29,414 bases of DNA from Nanopusillaceae archaeon (GCA_049973735.1 JBMFJL010000002.1:1-29414); one strand, 5' to 3'; positions 8,422 through 17,903 are shown, counted from the first letter of the stretch. Notes: a model not told the origin generated them from the letters alone. Made by a program: numbers and translations.

Positions 8422-9164
8422 TTGTATACTTTAATAAAGTTATTAAATATAATTTTCTTAACTTCTTCTATATCGATTTTTTTGATTTCTGATATTGTAT
8501 TCAGTTCATATATTATCTTCCATGAGTTATTTTCACCTTCTCTTAAAGGATCTAGAAATGGAGCATCTGTTTCTGTTAAGATTAAATCTAAGGGAGCATC
8601 TCTTATTATTTTCTTAAATCCGTCATCTCTGTATGCAATTGCCGGAATTGATAAATAACAACCCAAATCTATTGCTTTTTTTGCCAATGCTGGCTTCCAA
8701 AATGTATGCAATACTTTAACAACATTATAACTTTGTATTATCTCCAATACTTCCTTTTCAGCTTTTCTACTATGTATTATTGCAGGTTTTTTAAGTTTTT
8801 CCGCTAATTCTAAAAATTTTTCAAAATAGAATATCTCTTTTTTCTTTTTTTCTTCATCTAAAGGATGATAGAAATCTATACCTATCTCACCAATTGCTAC
8901 AAATTTTTTATCTTTATTATTTTCAATAAAATATAATGTTTCTTCTATTTTTTTATCATCAAGATTATCTATTACATCTGGATATAATCCGAGTGCATAA
9001 TATACTATATCATACTTTTTAGATTCATTAATAACTAGATTAAAACTTTCTAAATCTGTTGCATTTTCTATAATATACTTTACTCCTTTTTCTATATTTT
9101 CAGAGATTTTTTGATCTGCTTTTTCTCCATACATGAATAAATGTGCATGATCATCTACAATCAT
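8406..9164 (-). CDS. tatD: TatD-family metal-dependent hydrolase/DNase (paralogue 1)
   Basis: 252 aa. N-terminal IVDDHAHL (HxH metal site), internal IGEIGIDF, HSR, and TETDAPFL near the C-terminus. Confidence 0.8.
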   Translation of the reverse strand: MIVDDHAHLFMYGEKADQKISENIEKGVKYIIENATDLESFNLVINESKKYDIVYYALGLYPDVIDNLDDKKIEETLYFIENNKDKKFVAIGEIGIDFYHPLDEEKKKKEIFYFEKFLELAEKLKKPAIIHSRKAEKEVLEIIQSYNVVKVLHTFWKPALAKKAIDLGCYLSIPAIAYRDDGFKKIIRDAPLDLILTETDAPFLDPLREGENNSWKIIYELNTISEIKKIDIEEVKKIIFNNFIKVYNISDE

Positions 9165-9179
9165 ATAGATAAAATATAT

Positions 9180-9842
9180 TTAGAATCTCCTTTTTAAATG
9201 TAATAAAATTAAATCTTCAAAGAATATATGAACCTTGTCTACGATTCTGAAGTAATATATATTGCTATATTTGTTTATTATTCTTTCAGGATTTGTTACA
9301 GAAGATAGCACTAATAATATATCGCCGAAAGGGTTTAGATAATTTACAGCTTCGTATAAGAATCTATCAATAGTCTCATATCCATATTTACCGCCAGATA
9401 CCCACCTTCTAATTCTAAATTCTTCATGTTCAATTTCTGGTAAATATGGAGGATTAAATAATATTACATCAAATTTTTCATTTATATTAGAGAACAAATC
9501 TGAGAGGTAAAATTTTACAGGAAAATTCATTTCATTTATCTTTCCATATAATATATCTAAGTTGGCATTTTTGTCTATGAAATTTATATAAAAATTTATC
9601 TTCGATAATTTTATACATTCTGGCAATATGTCTACAAAAGATACATCTTTAGTATATTTATATGCCTCCAATCCTTGTATTCCGGTGCCACAACCCATAT
9701 CTAATACTTTTTTATTTACAACAAATTTTCTAATATGTGAGTTGAGTAAAAAGGAATCTTCCCTCGGTGGATAACACTCTAAATCATTTACCCTAAAATA
9801 GATCTTGAGATTATTATAAATTATAAAATCATAAGGTGGCAT
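9180..9842 (-). CDS. N5-glutamine methyltransferase, Mtq2/PrmC (HemK)-like
   Basis: SAM motif [15 protein letters not shown] and NPPY motif ILFNPPYLP. Start set at Met51 (MPPYDF...), because the 50-codon upstream extension in the track would overlap the rfcS start and looks like non-protein sequence. Confidence 0.7.
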   Translation of the reverse strand: MPPYDFIIYNNLKIYFRVNDLECYPPREDSFLLNSHIRKFVVNKKVLDMGCGTGIQGLEAYKYTKDVSFVDILPECIKLSKINFYINFIDKNANLDILYGKINEMNFPVKFYLSDLFSNINEKFDVILFNPPYLPEIEHEEFRIRRWVSGGKYGYETIDRFLYEAVNYLNPFGDILLVLSSVTNPERIINKYSNIYYFRIVDKVHIFFEDLILLHLKRRF

Positions 9843-9882
9843 AATAAATTTATTTATTAACCTTGATTTAAAACTTTTATAT
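9843..9882. promoter_or_regulatory. 40-bp divergent promoter spacer (methyltransferase / rfcS)
   Basis: TATA-like tttatttatt lies 25-34 nt upstream of the rfcS ATG, and ttttaaatc (minus strand) lies 24-32 nt upstream of the methyltransferase ATG. This implies leaderless or near-leaderless mRNAs. The AT-rich background makes the evidence weak. Confidence 0.3.
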
Positions 9883-10848
9883 ATGACATATGAAGTTTGG
9901 ACAGAAAAATATAGACCAAAGAAGCTAAGTGAGATCAAGGGACAAGATGAGATTGTAAAGCATTTAGAAGCATTTGTAAGACAGAAGAACATGCCACACT
10001 TATTGTTTACCGGACCTGCTGGTGTGGGAAAAACAACTGCAGCGTTGGCATTGGCTAGAGAATTATATGGAGATAATTGGGAACATAATGTATTACAATT
10101 AAATGCATCAGATGACAGGGGTATAGATGTAATAAGAGAAAAGGTAAAAGAGTTTGCTAGAACGAAACCTATAGGGGATGTTCCATTTAAGATAATATTT
10201 TTAGATGAAGCAGATGCAATGACAAGAGATGCGCAACAAGCATTAAGAAGAATAATGGAAGAATATGCATCTAATACAAGATTTATACTATCTTGTAATT
10301 ATTCTTCAAAAATAATAGAGCCAATACAATCCAGAACTGTTATATTTAGATTTAAGCAATTACCAAAAGAAGCAGTATATGAAATATTAAAAAATATTGC
10401 GGATAAGGAAGGTCTAGAACTTGAAGAGGGAGTGTTAGATTCTATATATTATGTAACAGAGGGAGATATGAGAAAATCTATAAATATACTACAAGCAGCA
10501 GCCTTATATTCAAAGAAGATAACTCAGGAATTAATATATGAAGTGGCATCAGTTGCAAAACCAAAAGAGTTACAGGAAATATTGAACTTAGCTTATAGTG
10601 GTAAATTTGCCGATGCAAGACAAAAATTAATTGATGTAATGTTAAGATACGGACTTGCTGGAGAGGATATAATAAAATATTTGGCAAAGGAGGTATATTC
10701 AATGAATATTAGCGAAAAAGAAAAATTAGAGATAATATACTATATTGGGGAGGTTGAATATAGACTTTTAGAAGGGTCAGATCCAATAGTGCAATTGGGA
10801 TCCCTCTTAGCATATCTGGGTTTAAAAGGTTTACAGAATAAAAGATAA
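9883..10848 (+). CDS. rfcS: Replication factor C small subunit
   Basis: 321 aa. [10 protein letters not shown], Walker [24 protein letters not shown]-like [12 protein letters not shown]-type motif ILSCN. No intein. Confidence 0.9.
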   Translation: MTYEVWTEKYRPKKLSEIKGQDEIVKHLEAFVRQKNMPHLLFTGPAGVGKTTAALALARELYGDNWEHNVLQLNASDDRGIDVIREKVKEFARTKPIGDVPFKIIFLDEADAMTRDAQQALRRIMEEYASNTRFILSCNYSSKIIEPIQSRTVIFRFKQLPKEAVYEILKNIADKEGLELEEGVLDSIYYVTEGDMRKSINILQAAALYSKKITQELIYEVASVAKPKELQEILNLAYSGKFADARQKLIDVMLRYGLAGEDIIKYLAKEVYSMNISEKEKLEIIYYIGEVEYRLLEGSDPIVQLGSLLAYLGLKGLQNKR

Positions 10849-10854
10849 TTTTTT
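10849..10854 (+). terminator. Oligo-T tract immediately after the rfcS stop
   Basis: TAA is followed directly by TTTTTT. Archaeal RNAP terminates at oligo-T runs, but such runs are frequent in this AT-rich DNA. Confidence 0.25.
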
Positions 10855-10922
10855 GATAATCAATATAGATTTTTAATGTTGTATTGAAATACTTTATATT
10901 TAACAAAGTATTATTAGATCAA

Positions 10923-11180
10923 ATGCCCTATGATATAGAATACGAGTTCACAATTCCAATCATCATCATAGAAGAAATTTTAGAAAACTATTTGGGATAT
11001 AATCTTGAGGAAACTATTCAGAAAGATCCTGTTGTTTTTAGAAGAATACTTTTAGACTATTTAATCAATAAATATCCGAATATATTTGAAAATATAGATG
11101 AAGAAAAATACAATAACATCCTTTCAACATTGAAATATAGAAAAAATAGAAAATACTTATATATATATGTGACAATATAA
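10923..11180 (+). CDS. Small acidic hypothetical protein (85 aa from the ATG)
   Basis: The track ORF starts at TTG 10884. I prefer ATG 10923 because a TATA-like tttatatt sits 23-30 nt upstream. No recognisable motif. Confidence 0.4.
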   Translation: MPYDIEYEFTIPIIIIEEILENYLGYNLEETIQKDPVVFRRILLDYLINKYPNIFENIDEEKYNNILSTLKYRKNRKYLYIYVTI

Positions 11181-11185
11181 CTTTT

Positions 11186-11602
11186 ATGGACATTAAAGAT
11201 TATCTAACTAGAATACCAAGAGCAATTTTATGGTTTGCCATTGCAATCTTTGTTATAGTAGTGTTATATTTAATTTATAGCTACTATATAACTTCGTATT
11301 TACCACCATATTTAAAATATTTTAGCTATAGTTGTCAATTTAATAAAAACGAATCTATAGTAATACTAACAGCAAAAGAAAATATACATAATGTAACTAT
11401 TTATAATTTCTTTGGAACATCAGTATGTTACCTTGGCGATATTGGTCAAGGTTCTATGGATGGTTGTGTTGTAGAAAATAGTTTAGTTGCTGGAGAAGCA
11501 TTAGTTAAAGTATATTATACATCAGATAGTGGAAAAACCTATGTAGCAGTTTTAACATGTAGTGTACCATCATCAGGATTGTTATCTTGGATATTACGTT
11601 AA
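11186..11602 (+). CDS. N-terminally anchored, Cys-containing surface protein; possible type IV pilin-like protein
   Basis: 138 aa. A charged N-terminus ends in PRA and is followed by the hydrophobic helix ILWFAIAIFVIVVLYLIY. The ectodomain has 4 Cys and 2 N-x-S/T sequons. The class III signal peptide assignment is tentative. Confidence 0.45.
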   Translation: MDIKDYLTRIPRAILWFAIAIFVIVVLYLIYSYYITSYLPPYLKYFSYSCQFNKNESIVILTAKENIHNVTIYNFFGTSVCYLGDIGQGSMDGCVVENSLVAGEALVKVYYTSDSGKTYVAVLTCSVPSSGLLSWILR

Positions 11603-11631
11603 TTTATTAATTTATAATATAAAATTATTCT

Positions 11632-12858
11632 ATGGATATACCTTGGATAAAAAAATATGCTCCGAAGCATATAAATGAGATAATTAATCAATCAGATGCT
11701 GTAAGTAAAATTAGAGAATTTATAGAAAAATATCCAAATTTAAATAAGAAAGCTCTTCTTTTATATGGACCACCAGGGGTTGGAAAAACATCTTCAGTTT
11801 ATGCTATAGCAAATGATCTGAATTATGAAGTGATTGAACTAAACGCCTCTGATACTAGAAATGCAAGAAAAATCCATGAAAGATTAGATGAAGCTATAAA
11901 GGGGAAACCATTTTTCAAAAAAGGAAGAGTAATACTAATAGATGAAGTAGATGGCATGGCAGGATTTCAAGATAAAGGTGGTATTGGTGCAATAATAAAT
12001 ATAATTGAGACCAGTAGATGGCCAATAATATTAACGGCAAATGATCCATGGGATCCAAAAATGAAAAAATTAAGAGATGTTTGTGATTTGGTAGAGTTCA
12101 AAAAATTATCATCTACAGACATATATAGAGCATTGAAAAGAATAGCGATAAATGAAAAAATCGATATTGATGATAATGTATTAAAAGTTTTGTCCGAAAG
12201 ATCATCAGGAGATCTTAGAAGTGCTATAAATGATTTACAAACATTATCTACACTAAAAAGAAAAATAACCATAAAGGATCTAGAAATACTTGGGCATAGA
12301 GAAAGGGAAATAACGATATTTCAAGCATTAGGTCAAATGTTTAAAGCATCTACAATATTTTCAGCTACCATGCCTTTTTCTGATGTAGATATGGATCCTA
12401 AAGAGATAGAACCTTGGATAGAGGAAAATATATCCAATGAATATGAAAATATAAAAGAAATATATGAGGCATACGAATGGTTATCTAAAGCAGAAATATT
12501 TTATAATAGAATATTTAAGAGGCAGTATTGGGATCTACTAAAATATTATACAACTTTGATGTATGCTGGTGTTGCATTATCAAAAGAAAAAAGATATAAT
12601 AAATTTACAAAATATAGAATGCCAACTTATATAAGAAGATTGTCTCAAAATAAAGAAATTAGAGAAAAGATAACAGAATTGTCTAAAGGTTTGAAAAACA
12701 AACTCCATGCATCTTTAAAGAGAATTAGAGAAGTTTATATAAATTTGTTAATATATCTTATGGAAAAAGATCCTGAAATAGGTAAAAAATACGGTAAAAT
12801 ATTAGGTCTTACAGATTCTGAATTAGAATATGTGAAATCTGCTATAAAATTATTATGA
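11632..12858 (+). CDS. rfcL: Replication factor C large subunit
   Basis: 408 aa. PWIKKYAPKHINEI, Walker A GPPGVGKTS, ELNASDTRN, Walker B LIDEVDGM, SGDLRSAINDLQ. Confidence 0.85.
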   Translation: MDIPWIKKYAPKHINEIINQSDAVSKIREFIEKYPNLNKKALLLYGPPGVGKTSSVYAIANDLNYEVIELNASDTRNARKIHERLDEAIKGKPFFKKGRVILIDEVDGMAGFQDKGGIGAIINIIETSRWPIILTANDPWDPKMKKLRDVCDLVEFKKLSSTDIYRALKRIAINEKIDIDDNVLKVLSERSSGDLRSAINDLQTLSTLKRKITIKDLEILGHREREITIFQALGQMFKASTIFSATMPFSDVDMDPKEIEPWIEENISNEYENIKEIYEAYEWLSKAEIFYNRIFKRQYWDLLKYYTTLMYAGVALSKEKRYNKFTKYRMPTYIRRLSQNKEIREKITELSKGLKNKLHASLKRIREVYINLLIYLMEKDPEIGKKYGKILGLTDSELEYVKSAIKLL

Positions 12859-13307
12859 GGGAATTAAATAAAGGTTATGTTGAAGAATTATTTAAGAAAA
12901 TAGAAGAATACTATGGAGTAAAAGTTGATGAAAAAATAATAAAGAATTACAAATTTTTTATAAATAATGATAACAAGATATATATATTCAACAAAAATTT
13001 TCCATCTAAAATAATTGATGAAAAAATAATAAAAAACAGAGGACTCTATATAATGAGGATAGAAAGGGGAAATATAATAAGATTTAGTATTGAAGGAGCT
13101 CAACTCTTTGGTATAGAATCGAAAAGAATAATTGAGATAAAAAAAGAAAAACTATTTTATTTATCTGAAGAAAATAAAAAAATAGAAGTTGATGTCGAAG
13201 ATGGTTACTATATAGCAAAAGATGGAAAAGATATACTAGGTTCTGTGTATGTAAAAAATAAAGAGTTAAAAGATTTTATACCAAAGGATAGAAAAATTAA
13301 ACTATAA
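12855..13307 (+). CDS. Hypothetical protein, possibly Nip7/PUA-like RNA-binding protein
   Basis: 150 aa. The start overlaps the rfcL stop (ATGA). The overall pattern and C-terminal segment YYIAKDGKDILGSVYVKNKELKDFIPKD loosely resemble archaeal Nip7-type PUA proteins. Contains an internal DEKIIKN duplication. Confidence 0.4.
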   Translation: MRELNKGYVEELFKKIEEYYGVKVDEKIIKNYKFFINNDNKIYIFNKNFPSKIIDEKIIKNRGLYIMRIERGNIIRFSIEGAQLFGIESKRIIEIKKEKLFYLSEENKKIEVDVEDGYYIAKDGKDILGSVYVKNKELKDFIPKDRKIKL

Positions 13308-14954
13308 CTTGACAAGAGATAAGCCTGATAATATTTTCGTAAAGAAGTAGAATATTCCGACATCTAGTAGTGCAGATATCCATAATAATATTGTAAGATC
13401 TAAGAACATACCAAATTTTGATCCACCATCAACATTTTTAATTACTAGAGATAAGACAAATGCCTGAATAATTACTATTATGTATACGAAATTGACTAGA
13501 ATTATTGGTGGTATATTTAAAGTATAGAAAGTTACTCCTATATAAGATATTGAGGCAGAGCTTAATGCGGTAGATACTCCTTGGAACATCTGATTCATAG
13601 AAAAAATTATTTGTAACATTACAAACATTATTGAGGCAAAGGCTATGAAAGTTCCGTAGATAATTCCTCTTAGATTTGATATAAATTGTTCCTTTCTACT
13701 TCTAAGTTCTATCATCTTTATAAGTGTATTATATAACATATCTCCAGCATTTTTCGTATCTCCATTATATTCTAATACTTTTTCGAATACTTTTATAATT
13801 TTTTCAGCTAATCTACTTCCCAATTCAGATATGAAATATTTCCAGGATTCTGAATAATTTTTTGTTATTGTAATCCTCTTTCTCAATTTTTCTATATCTT
13901 CATTAAGCAATCCAAAGTCATGTACTACAACATTGTTCAATATTTTGGTTTGATTACTTCCAAATATTTCAGAATATTCTACAACACTTACAAAAAAAGA
14001 TGGAAAATATTTTTCTTTAGTTTTTAATATTTTTTCTAGATTTATTATTCTGTAACTAACATATGTTAGTGGTGTAATTGCTATTGCAAATGATGGTAAA
14101 AGAGGCAATCCGGCAACGAATAGAAGTATTAGAAATAATATGTATGATAATGTAACAATAATAATAAAATAATTTCTAATCACCATATATTCACGTGGTT
14201 TTTCTTTAGAGGAAGTCCATAGATTGTCTTCTGGAATGAAATATTTAGATACATAGTAGATGATGAGATTAATAGTTACAAAAATTATTAAAAAGTTTAC
14301 TAATAGAATGTATGGATTAATTTCTAATAAAAAAGGAATAAATAATATTAAAGAAAATGTAAATGCTAAAGATGAAGATAAAGAAATAATTAAATCTTGA
14401 AGTAATCTTGTATTTTCTAAACCTTTCTTGTAATTAGCATCATAAACAGTTAATTCTCTCTGATATTCCTTATATAAAAATTCTGACATATCTTCACCAA
14501 TATCTATTGATGTGGCTAATCTTTCCATAAAACTCTTAAAATTACTCTTCGGAATATATGGCAAGGTAAATCTTATGGCTTCTGGAATTGTATAATTATA
14601 TTTCTTAACTAATTTAATAATTATGTTTATATAGCTGTTTATTTCTTTGAAATTTTCACGTTCTTCGACAGATAACTCAAATAATCTCTTTATATTTGAT
14701 GTAGAAAAAGAAAGAGAATACAGATAAGCTATATAAAATAATAATTCTCTATCTAAAGATGCTTTTAACTTAAAATATTTTATGAAAATTACTTCAAGTG
14801 ATAATGCCACAGCAAACAGATACAAAATATTATAATATATTTTTAACTCAGGGAAGTACCTCCCAATTATTATTATAAGAGATATGGACAATACAAATAT
14901 AGCAGTTATCTCGATAAGACTCCTTTTGAGTATCTCCTTAATTAATTCATACAT
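13302..14954 (-). CDS. FlaJ/PilC/TadC-like polytopic membrane platform protein (two T2SS-F-like cytoplasmic domains)
   Basis: 550 aa. N-terminal TM pair, cytoplasmic domain (TIPEAIRFTLPYIPKSNFKSFMERLATSIDIGEDMSEFL), TM cluster, second cytoplasmic domain (SRLAEKIIKVFEKVLEYNGDTKNAGDMLYNTL), C-terminal TMs. This is the duplicated architecture of archaeal FlaJ-type proteins. Confidence 0.6.
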   Translation of the reverse strand: MYELIKEILKRSLIEITAIFVLSISLIIIIGRYFPELKIYYNILYLFAVALSLEVIFIKYFKLKASLDRELLFYIAYLYSLSFSTSNIKRLFELSVEERENFKEINSYINIIIKLVKKYNYTIPEAIRFTLPYIPKSNFKSFMERLATSIDIGEDMSEFLYKEYQRELTVYDANYKKGLENTRLLQDLIISLSSSLAFTFSLILFIPFLLEINPYILLVNFLIIFVTINLIIYYVSKYFIPEDNLWTSSKEKPREYMVIRNYFIIIVTLSYILFLILLFVAGLPLLPSFAIAITPLTYVSYRIINLEKILKTKEKYFPSFFVSVVEYSEIFGSNQTKILNNVVVHDFGLLNEDIEKLRKRITITKNYSESWKYFISELGSRLAEKIIKVFEKVLEYNGDTKNAGDMLYNTLIKMIELRSRKEQFISNLRGIIYGTFIAFASIMFVMLQIIFSMNQMFQGVSTALSSASISYIGVTFYTLNIPPIILVNFVYIIVIIQAFVLSLVIKNVDGGSKFGMFLDLTILLWISALLDVGIFYFFTKILSGLSLVKL

Positions 14955-15018
14955 AAAAAATATTTAAGATCTAAGACATTATAAAGATTTAAATAACTTT
15001 TTAGTAAATGGTTATGAA
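14955..15018. promoter_or_regulatory. Divergent promoter spacer (FlaJ-like gene / ribosomal protein operon)
   Basis: 64-bp AT-rich spacer. tttaaataac lies 22-31 nt upstream of the uL4 ATG. Confidence 0.3.
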
Positions 15019-15855
15019 ATGGACAATGTACCAATATATGATAAAAGCGGAAACAAGGTAGATGAAATAGATTTGTCAGACATAGTTAACGTTGGGATAA
15101 GAGAAGATATAATATGGAGAGCTTTTAGGGTATATATGTTTAATAGAAGACAACCATATGGTACATATAAATATGCTGGTTTAGAAGCTTCTGCATGGAC
15201 AAGTAAAAGAAGATATAGTTATAGAAGTTCATATAAAAGGGGTATATCTAGAGATCCTAGAGCAATATTAAGTAAGATTGCTACAGGTAGAGGTGTTTTA
15301 TTTTCATGGATTGCTAGGGTAGTTCCACATGCAGTTAAGGGTAGAAGAGCCCATCCACCAAAGCCTGAAAAAGACTGGACTAGAAAAATAAATAAGAAAG
15401 AAAAGAGATTAGCAATATTATCTGCAGTAGCTGCATCTTTTGATGTTACATATATTTCAAATAGATATAAAAAATCTTTTCAATATTTAAAAAGTTCTAT
15501 TGATACTTTTGGAGTACCATTAATTATATCTGATTTAGAAGAACTAAAGAAAGCTAAAGAATATAAAAATTTATTAGAAAAATTCAAATTAATAGAATTC
15601 GTTGAGTATGTTAAAGAAAGAAAAAGACAAAGATCTGGAAAAGGAAAAATGAGAGGAAGAAGGATAGTAAAGGGAAGGGGAATATTGGTGGTACTATCTT
15701 CAGAAGCAAAAGTGCCTTCTATATCCATTGATGGATTGGAAATAACCAATGTTAATAATATAAATATAGATAAACTGGCACCAGGGGGTCATCCGGGAAG
15801 ATATATAATATGGAGTAAAAAGGCAATAGAAGATTTTAAAAGTTTATATACATAA
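15019..15855 (+). CDS. rpl4: 50S ribosomal protein uL4 (L4)
   Basis: 278 aa. The N-terminus VPIYDKSGNKVDEIDL, the KRRYSYRSSYKRGISR loop region and KGKMRGRR are typical of archaeal L4. Confidence 0.9.
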   Translation: MDNVPIYDKSGNKVDEIDLSDIVNVGIREDIIWRAFRVYMFNRRQPYGTYKYAGLEASAWTSKRRYSYRSSYKRGISRDPRAILSKIATGRGVLFSWIARVVPHAVKGRRAHPPKPEKDWTRKINKKEKRLAILSAVAASFDVTYISNRYKKSFQYLKSSIDTFGVPLIISDLEELKKAKEYKNLLEKFKLIEFVEYVKERKRQRSGKGKMRGRRIVKGRGILVVLSSEAKVPSISIDGLEITNVNNINIDKLAPGGHPGRYIIWSKKAIEDFKSLYT

Positions 15856-15863
15856 AATAAAGG

Positions 15864-16124
15864 ATGGAAATGAATAATGTAATTTTGTATGCAGAACTAA
15901 CGGAAAAAGATTTAAATTTGCTGGATAGATTCAATAAAGTTGTATTCATAGTTAATAGAAATGCAAATAAACAACAAATAAAGAGGGAGATTGAAAGGTT
16001 ATTTAATGTTAAGGTTAAAAAGGTAAATACTTTAATTTTACCGGATGGAAGAAAAAAAGCTTATATTACTTTGCATAAGGAATACAAGGCCAAGGATATA
16101 TTAGAAAAATTAGGCTTAATGTAA
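15864..16124 (+). CDS. rpl23: 50S ribosomal protein uL23 (L23)
   Basis: 86 aa. VFIVNRNANKQQIKREIERLFNVKVKKVNTL...KKAYITL is the uL23 pattern, and the gene sits between L4 and L2. Confidence 0.85.
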   Translation: MEMNNVILYAELTEKDLNLLDRFNKVVFIVNRNANKQQIKREIERLFNVKVKKVNTLILPDGRKKAYITLHKEYKAKDILEKLGLM

Positions 16125-16125
16125 A

Positions 16126-16863
16126 ATGGGTGGGAATACTTTACCACAGCAGAGGAGGGGTAAAGGTAAGAATATTTACAAGGTACCAGATTTTTACTCT
16201 GCAGGTAAATTTTCATTAAGGCCTTTAGATGAGATAGAAATGAAAGATAAGATAAAAGGGGTTGTGGAAGATATAATAAAAGATAAAGTACATTATGCAC
16301 CAATAGCAAAAATAAGATTTTCTGATGGTTCTGTAATTTATGTACCAGCTGTGGAAGGTTTGTATGTTGGAAAAGAAATTTATGCAGGAGTAAATGCTCC
16401 CGTCGAAGTTGGAAATATTTTACCATTAAAAATGATCTCCGAAGGTACTCCCGTTTGTATGGTAGAAATAAATCCTGGAGATGGAGGAAAAATATCTAGA
16501 ACCTCCGGTACTTCTTGTATTTTGGTTCAGAAAACTGATAAATATGCAATATTAAGATTACCTTCTGGAAAAAATAAAGCTGTTAGCCTATTATCCAGAG
16601 CAATCATAGGTGTTGTTGCTGGAGGAGGTAGAAAGGATAAACCATTTGTTAAAGCTGGAAATAAATATTATTACATGAAAGCTCATCATAGGAAATATCC
16701 AATTAACTCTCCAACATCGAGAAATGCTGCAGATCATCCATTTGGAGGAAAACACAAGAGGAACAAGGGTGGTATAACACCATTACCAAAACATGGATAT
16801 CCAATTAAATATGGTAAATATGGCTCAAGAAGAACTGGTATAAGAAAGGGAAGTGGTTCATAA
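16126..16863 (+). CDS. rpl2: 50S ribosomal protein uL2 (L2)
   Basis: 245 aa. QRRGKG N-terminus, GGGRKDKPFVKAGNKYY, ADHPFGGKHKR signature. Confidence 0.92.
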   Translation: MGGNTLPQQRRGKGKNIYKVPDFYSAGKFSLRPLDEIEMKDKIKGVVEDIIKDKVHYAPIAKIRFSDGSVIYVPAVEGLYVGKEIYAGVNAPVEVGNILPLKMISEGTPVCMVEINPGDGGKISRTSGTSCILVQKTDKYAILRLPSGKNKAVSLLSRAIIGVVAGGGRKDKPFVKAGNKYYYMKAHHRKYPINSPTSRNAADHPFGGKHKRNKGGITPLPKHGYPIKYGKYGSRRTGIRKGSGS

Positions 16864-16867
16864 TAAA

Positions 16868-17485
16868 ATGGCTGAAGAAAAAATCTGGCTTGTAAATCTT
16901 GAAGATTATATAAAAGCAGGAGTACATATAGGAACAAAAATCAAAAATAAAGAAACAAAAAAATTCATTGCAAGAGTAAGATCTGATGGCCTAGCTATAA
17001 TAGATGTAAATAAAATCGATGAAAGACTGAGATTAGCAACAAGATTATTGTCAAAATATGAACCATATGAAATATTAGCTGTAGGGAGGAGAGAAACTGC
17101 TAGAAAACCTCTCTTAATGCTACATAAATATACTGGTATAAATGTTTATCCTGGGAGATATCCGCCAGGACTATTAACCAATACATCTTTAGAAATATTT
17201 AAAGATGTGGAAGTTGTGATAATAACAGATCCTATATTAGATAAAAACGCGTTACTTGATGCATACAGGACTGGAAAAGTAATTGTAGCATTTGTAGATA
17301 CAAATAATTCGTTGAGATATATAGATTTAGCAATACCGGCAAACAACAGAGGATCAAGGTCGCTAGCTTTGCTTTATTACATTATAACTAGAGAATATTT
17401 ATCTGCTAGAGGATTAATTGGAAGAAAATCCGATTTCCCAATTTCTTATGAAGAATTTGTAGAAAAAGAGTTGGAAGAAGAATAA
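16868..17485 (+). CDS. rps2: 30S ribosomal protein uS2 (S2)
   Basis: YIKAGVHIGTK, AVGRRETA, VIITDPILDKNALLDA, VAFVDTNN. The track starts at GTG 16853; I prefer ATG 16868 (MAEEK...), 4 nt after the L2 stop. Confidence 0.85.
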   Translation: MAEEKIWLVNLEDYIKAGVHIGTKIKNKETKKFIARVRSDGLAIIDVNKIDERLRLATRLLSKYEPYEILAVGRRETARKPLLMLHKYTGINVYPGRYPPGLLTNTSLEIFKDVEVVIITDPILDKNALLDAYRTGKVIVAFVDTNNSLRYIDLAIPANNRGSRSLALLYYIITREYLSARGLIGRKSDFPISYEEFVEKELEEE

Positions 17486-17502
17486 ATTTATATATTAATA
17501 AA

Positions 17503-17508
17503 TTTTTT
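17503..17508 (+). terminator. Oligo-T tract after the uS2 stop
   Basis: A TTTTTT run lies 18 nt after TAA. A TATA-like tttatatatt for the next gene sits between them. Confidence 0.2.
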
Positions 17509-17516
17509 AATAATAT

Positions 17517-17903
17517 ATGGTGTTAGATTCAATTAAAAATATATTTAAGAGAAAGAAAGATGAGGATGATAATCTACCTCCAGATTTTATGCAGTATGGA
17601 GGTCCAGGTCCTTCTCCGTATGATATACATCCACCAGGAAATTTTCCGGGAAATTTCAATATGAATTATCCATCTCCACCAACATATCCTCAGCAATATC
17701 AATATTATCCACCAGATCAGCCGCCAATGATGAATCCGCAGGCATTTTTACCAAATTATCCACCACAATTTAATCAACCATATGATCCTACTTCAATTCA
17801 AGTAATTGCTTCTAAATTAGATTTAATTGCGAATAAATTAGATAATATAATAGTCCTGTTGAACAATTTGTTACAATATTTTAATTATATGTATAGGCGT
17901 TAA
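17517..17903 (+). CDS. Pro/Tyr/Gln/Asn-rich low-complexity protein with C-terminal amphipathic helix
   Basis: 128 aa. Residues about 20-92 are roughly 30% Pro (22 of 72 by my count) with YPP/PPTY repeats. The C-terminus is IQVIASKLDLIANKLDNIIVLLNNLLQYF. Pro codons are costly in this AT-rich genome, which supports real coding sequence. Confidence 0.55.
   Translation: MVLDSIKNIFKRKKDEDDNLPPDFMQYGGPGPSPYDIHPPGNFPGNFNMNYPSPPTYPQQYQYYPPDQPPMMNPQAFLPNYPPQFNQPYDPTSIQVIASKLDLIANKLDNIIVLLNNLLQYFNYMYRR

Noticed and set aside
9843-9992. 50-codon N-terminal extension of the methyltransferase ORF ([30 protein letters not shown]...)
   Set aside because: It runs antisense through the rfcS start and the divergent promoter, and its composition is not protein-like. 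The conserved methyltransferase sequence begins at Met51 (9842).
12925-13033. Two copies of a 19-nt direct repeat, TTGATGAAAAAATAATAAA, 90 nt apart
   Set aside because: The repeat simply encodes a duplicated peptide (V/I)DEKIIKN within one ORF. It has no flanking features of a mobile element or repeat array.
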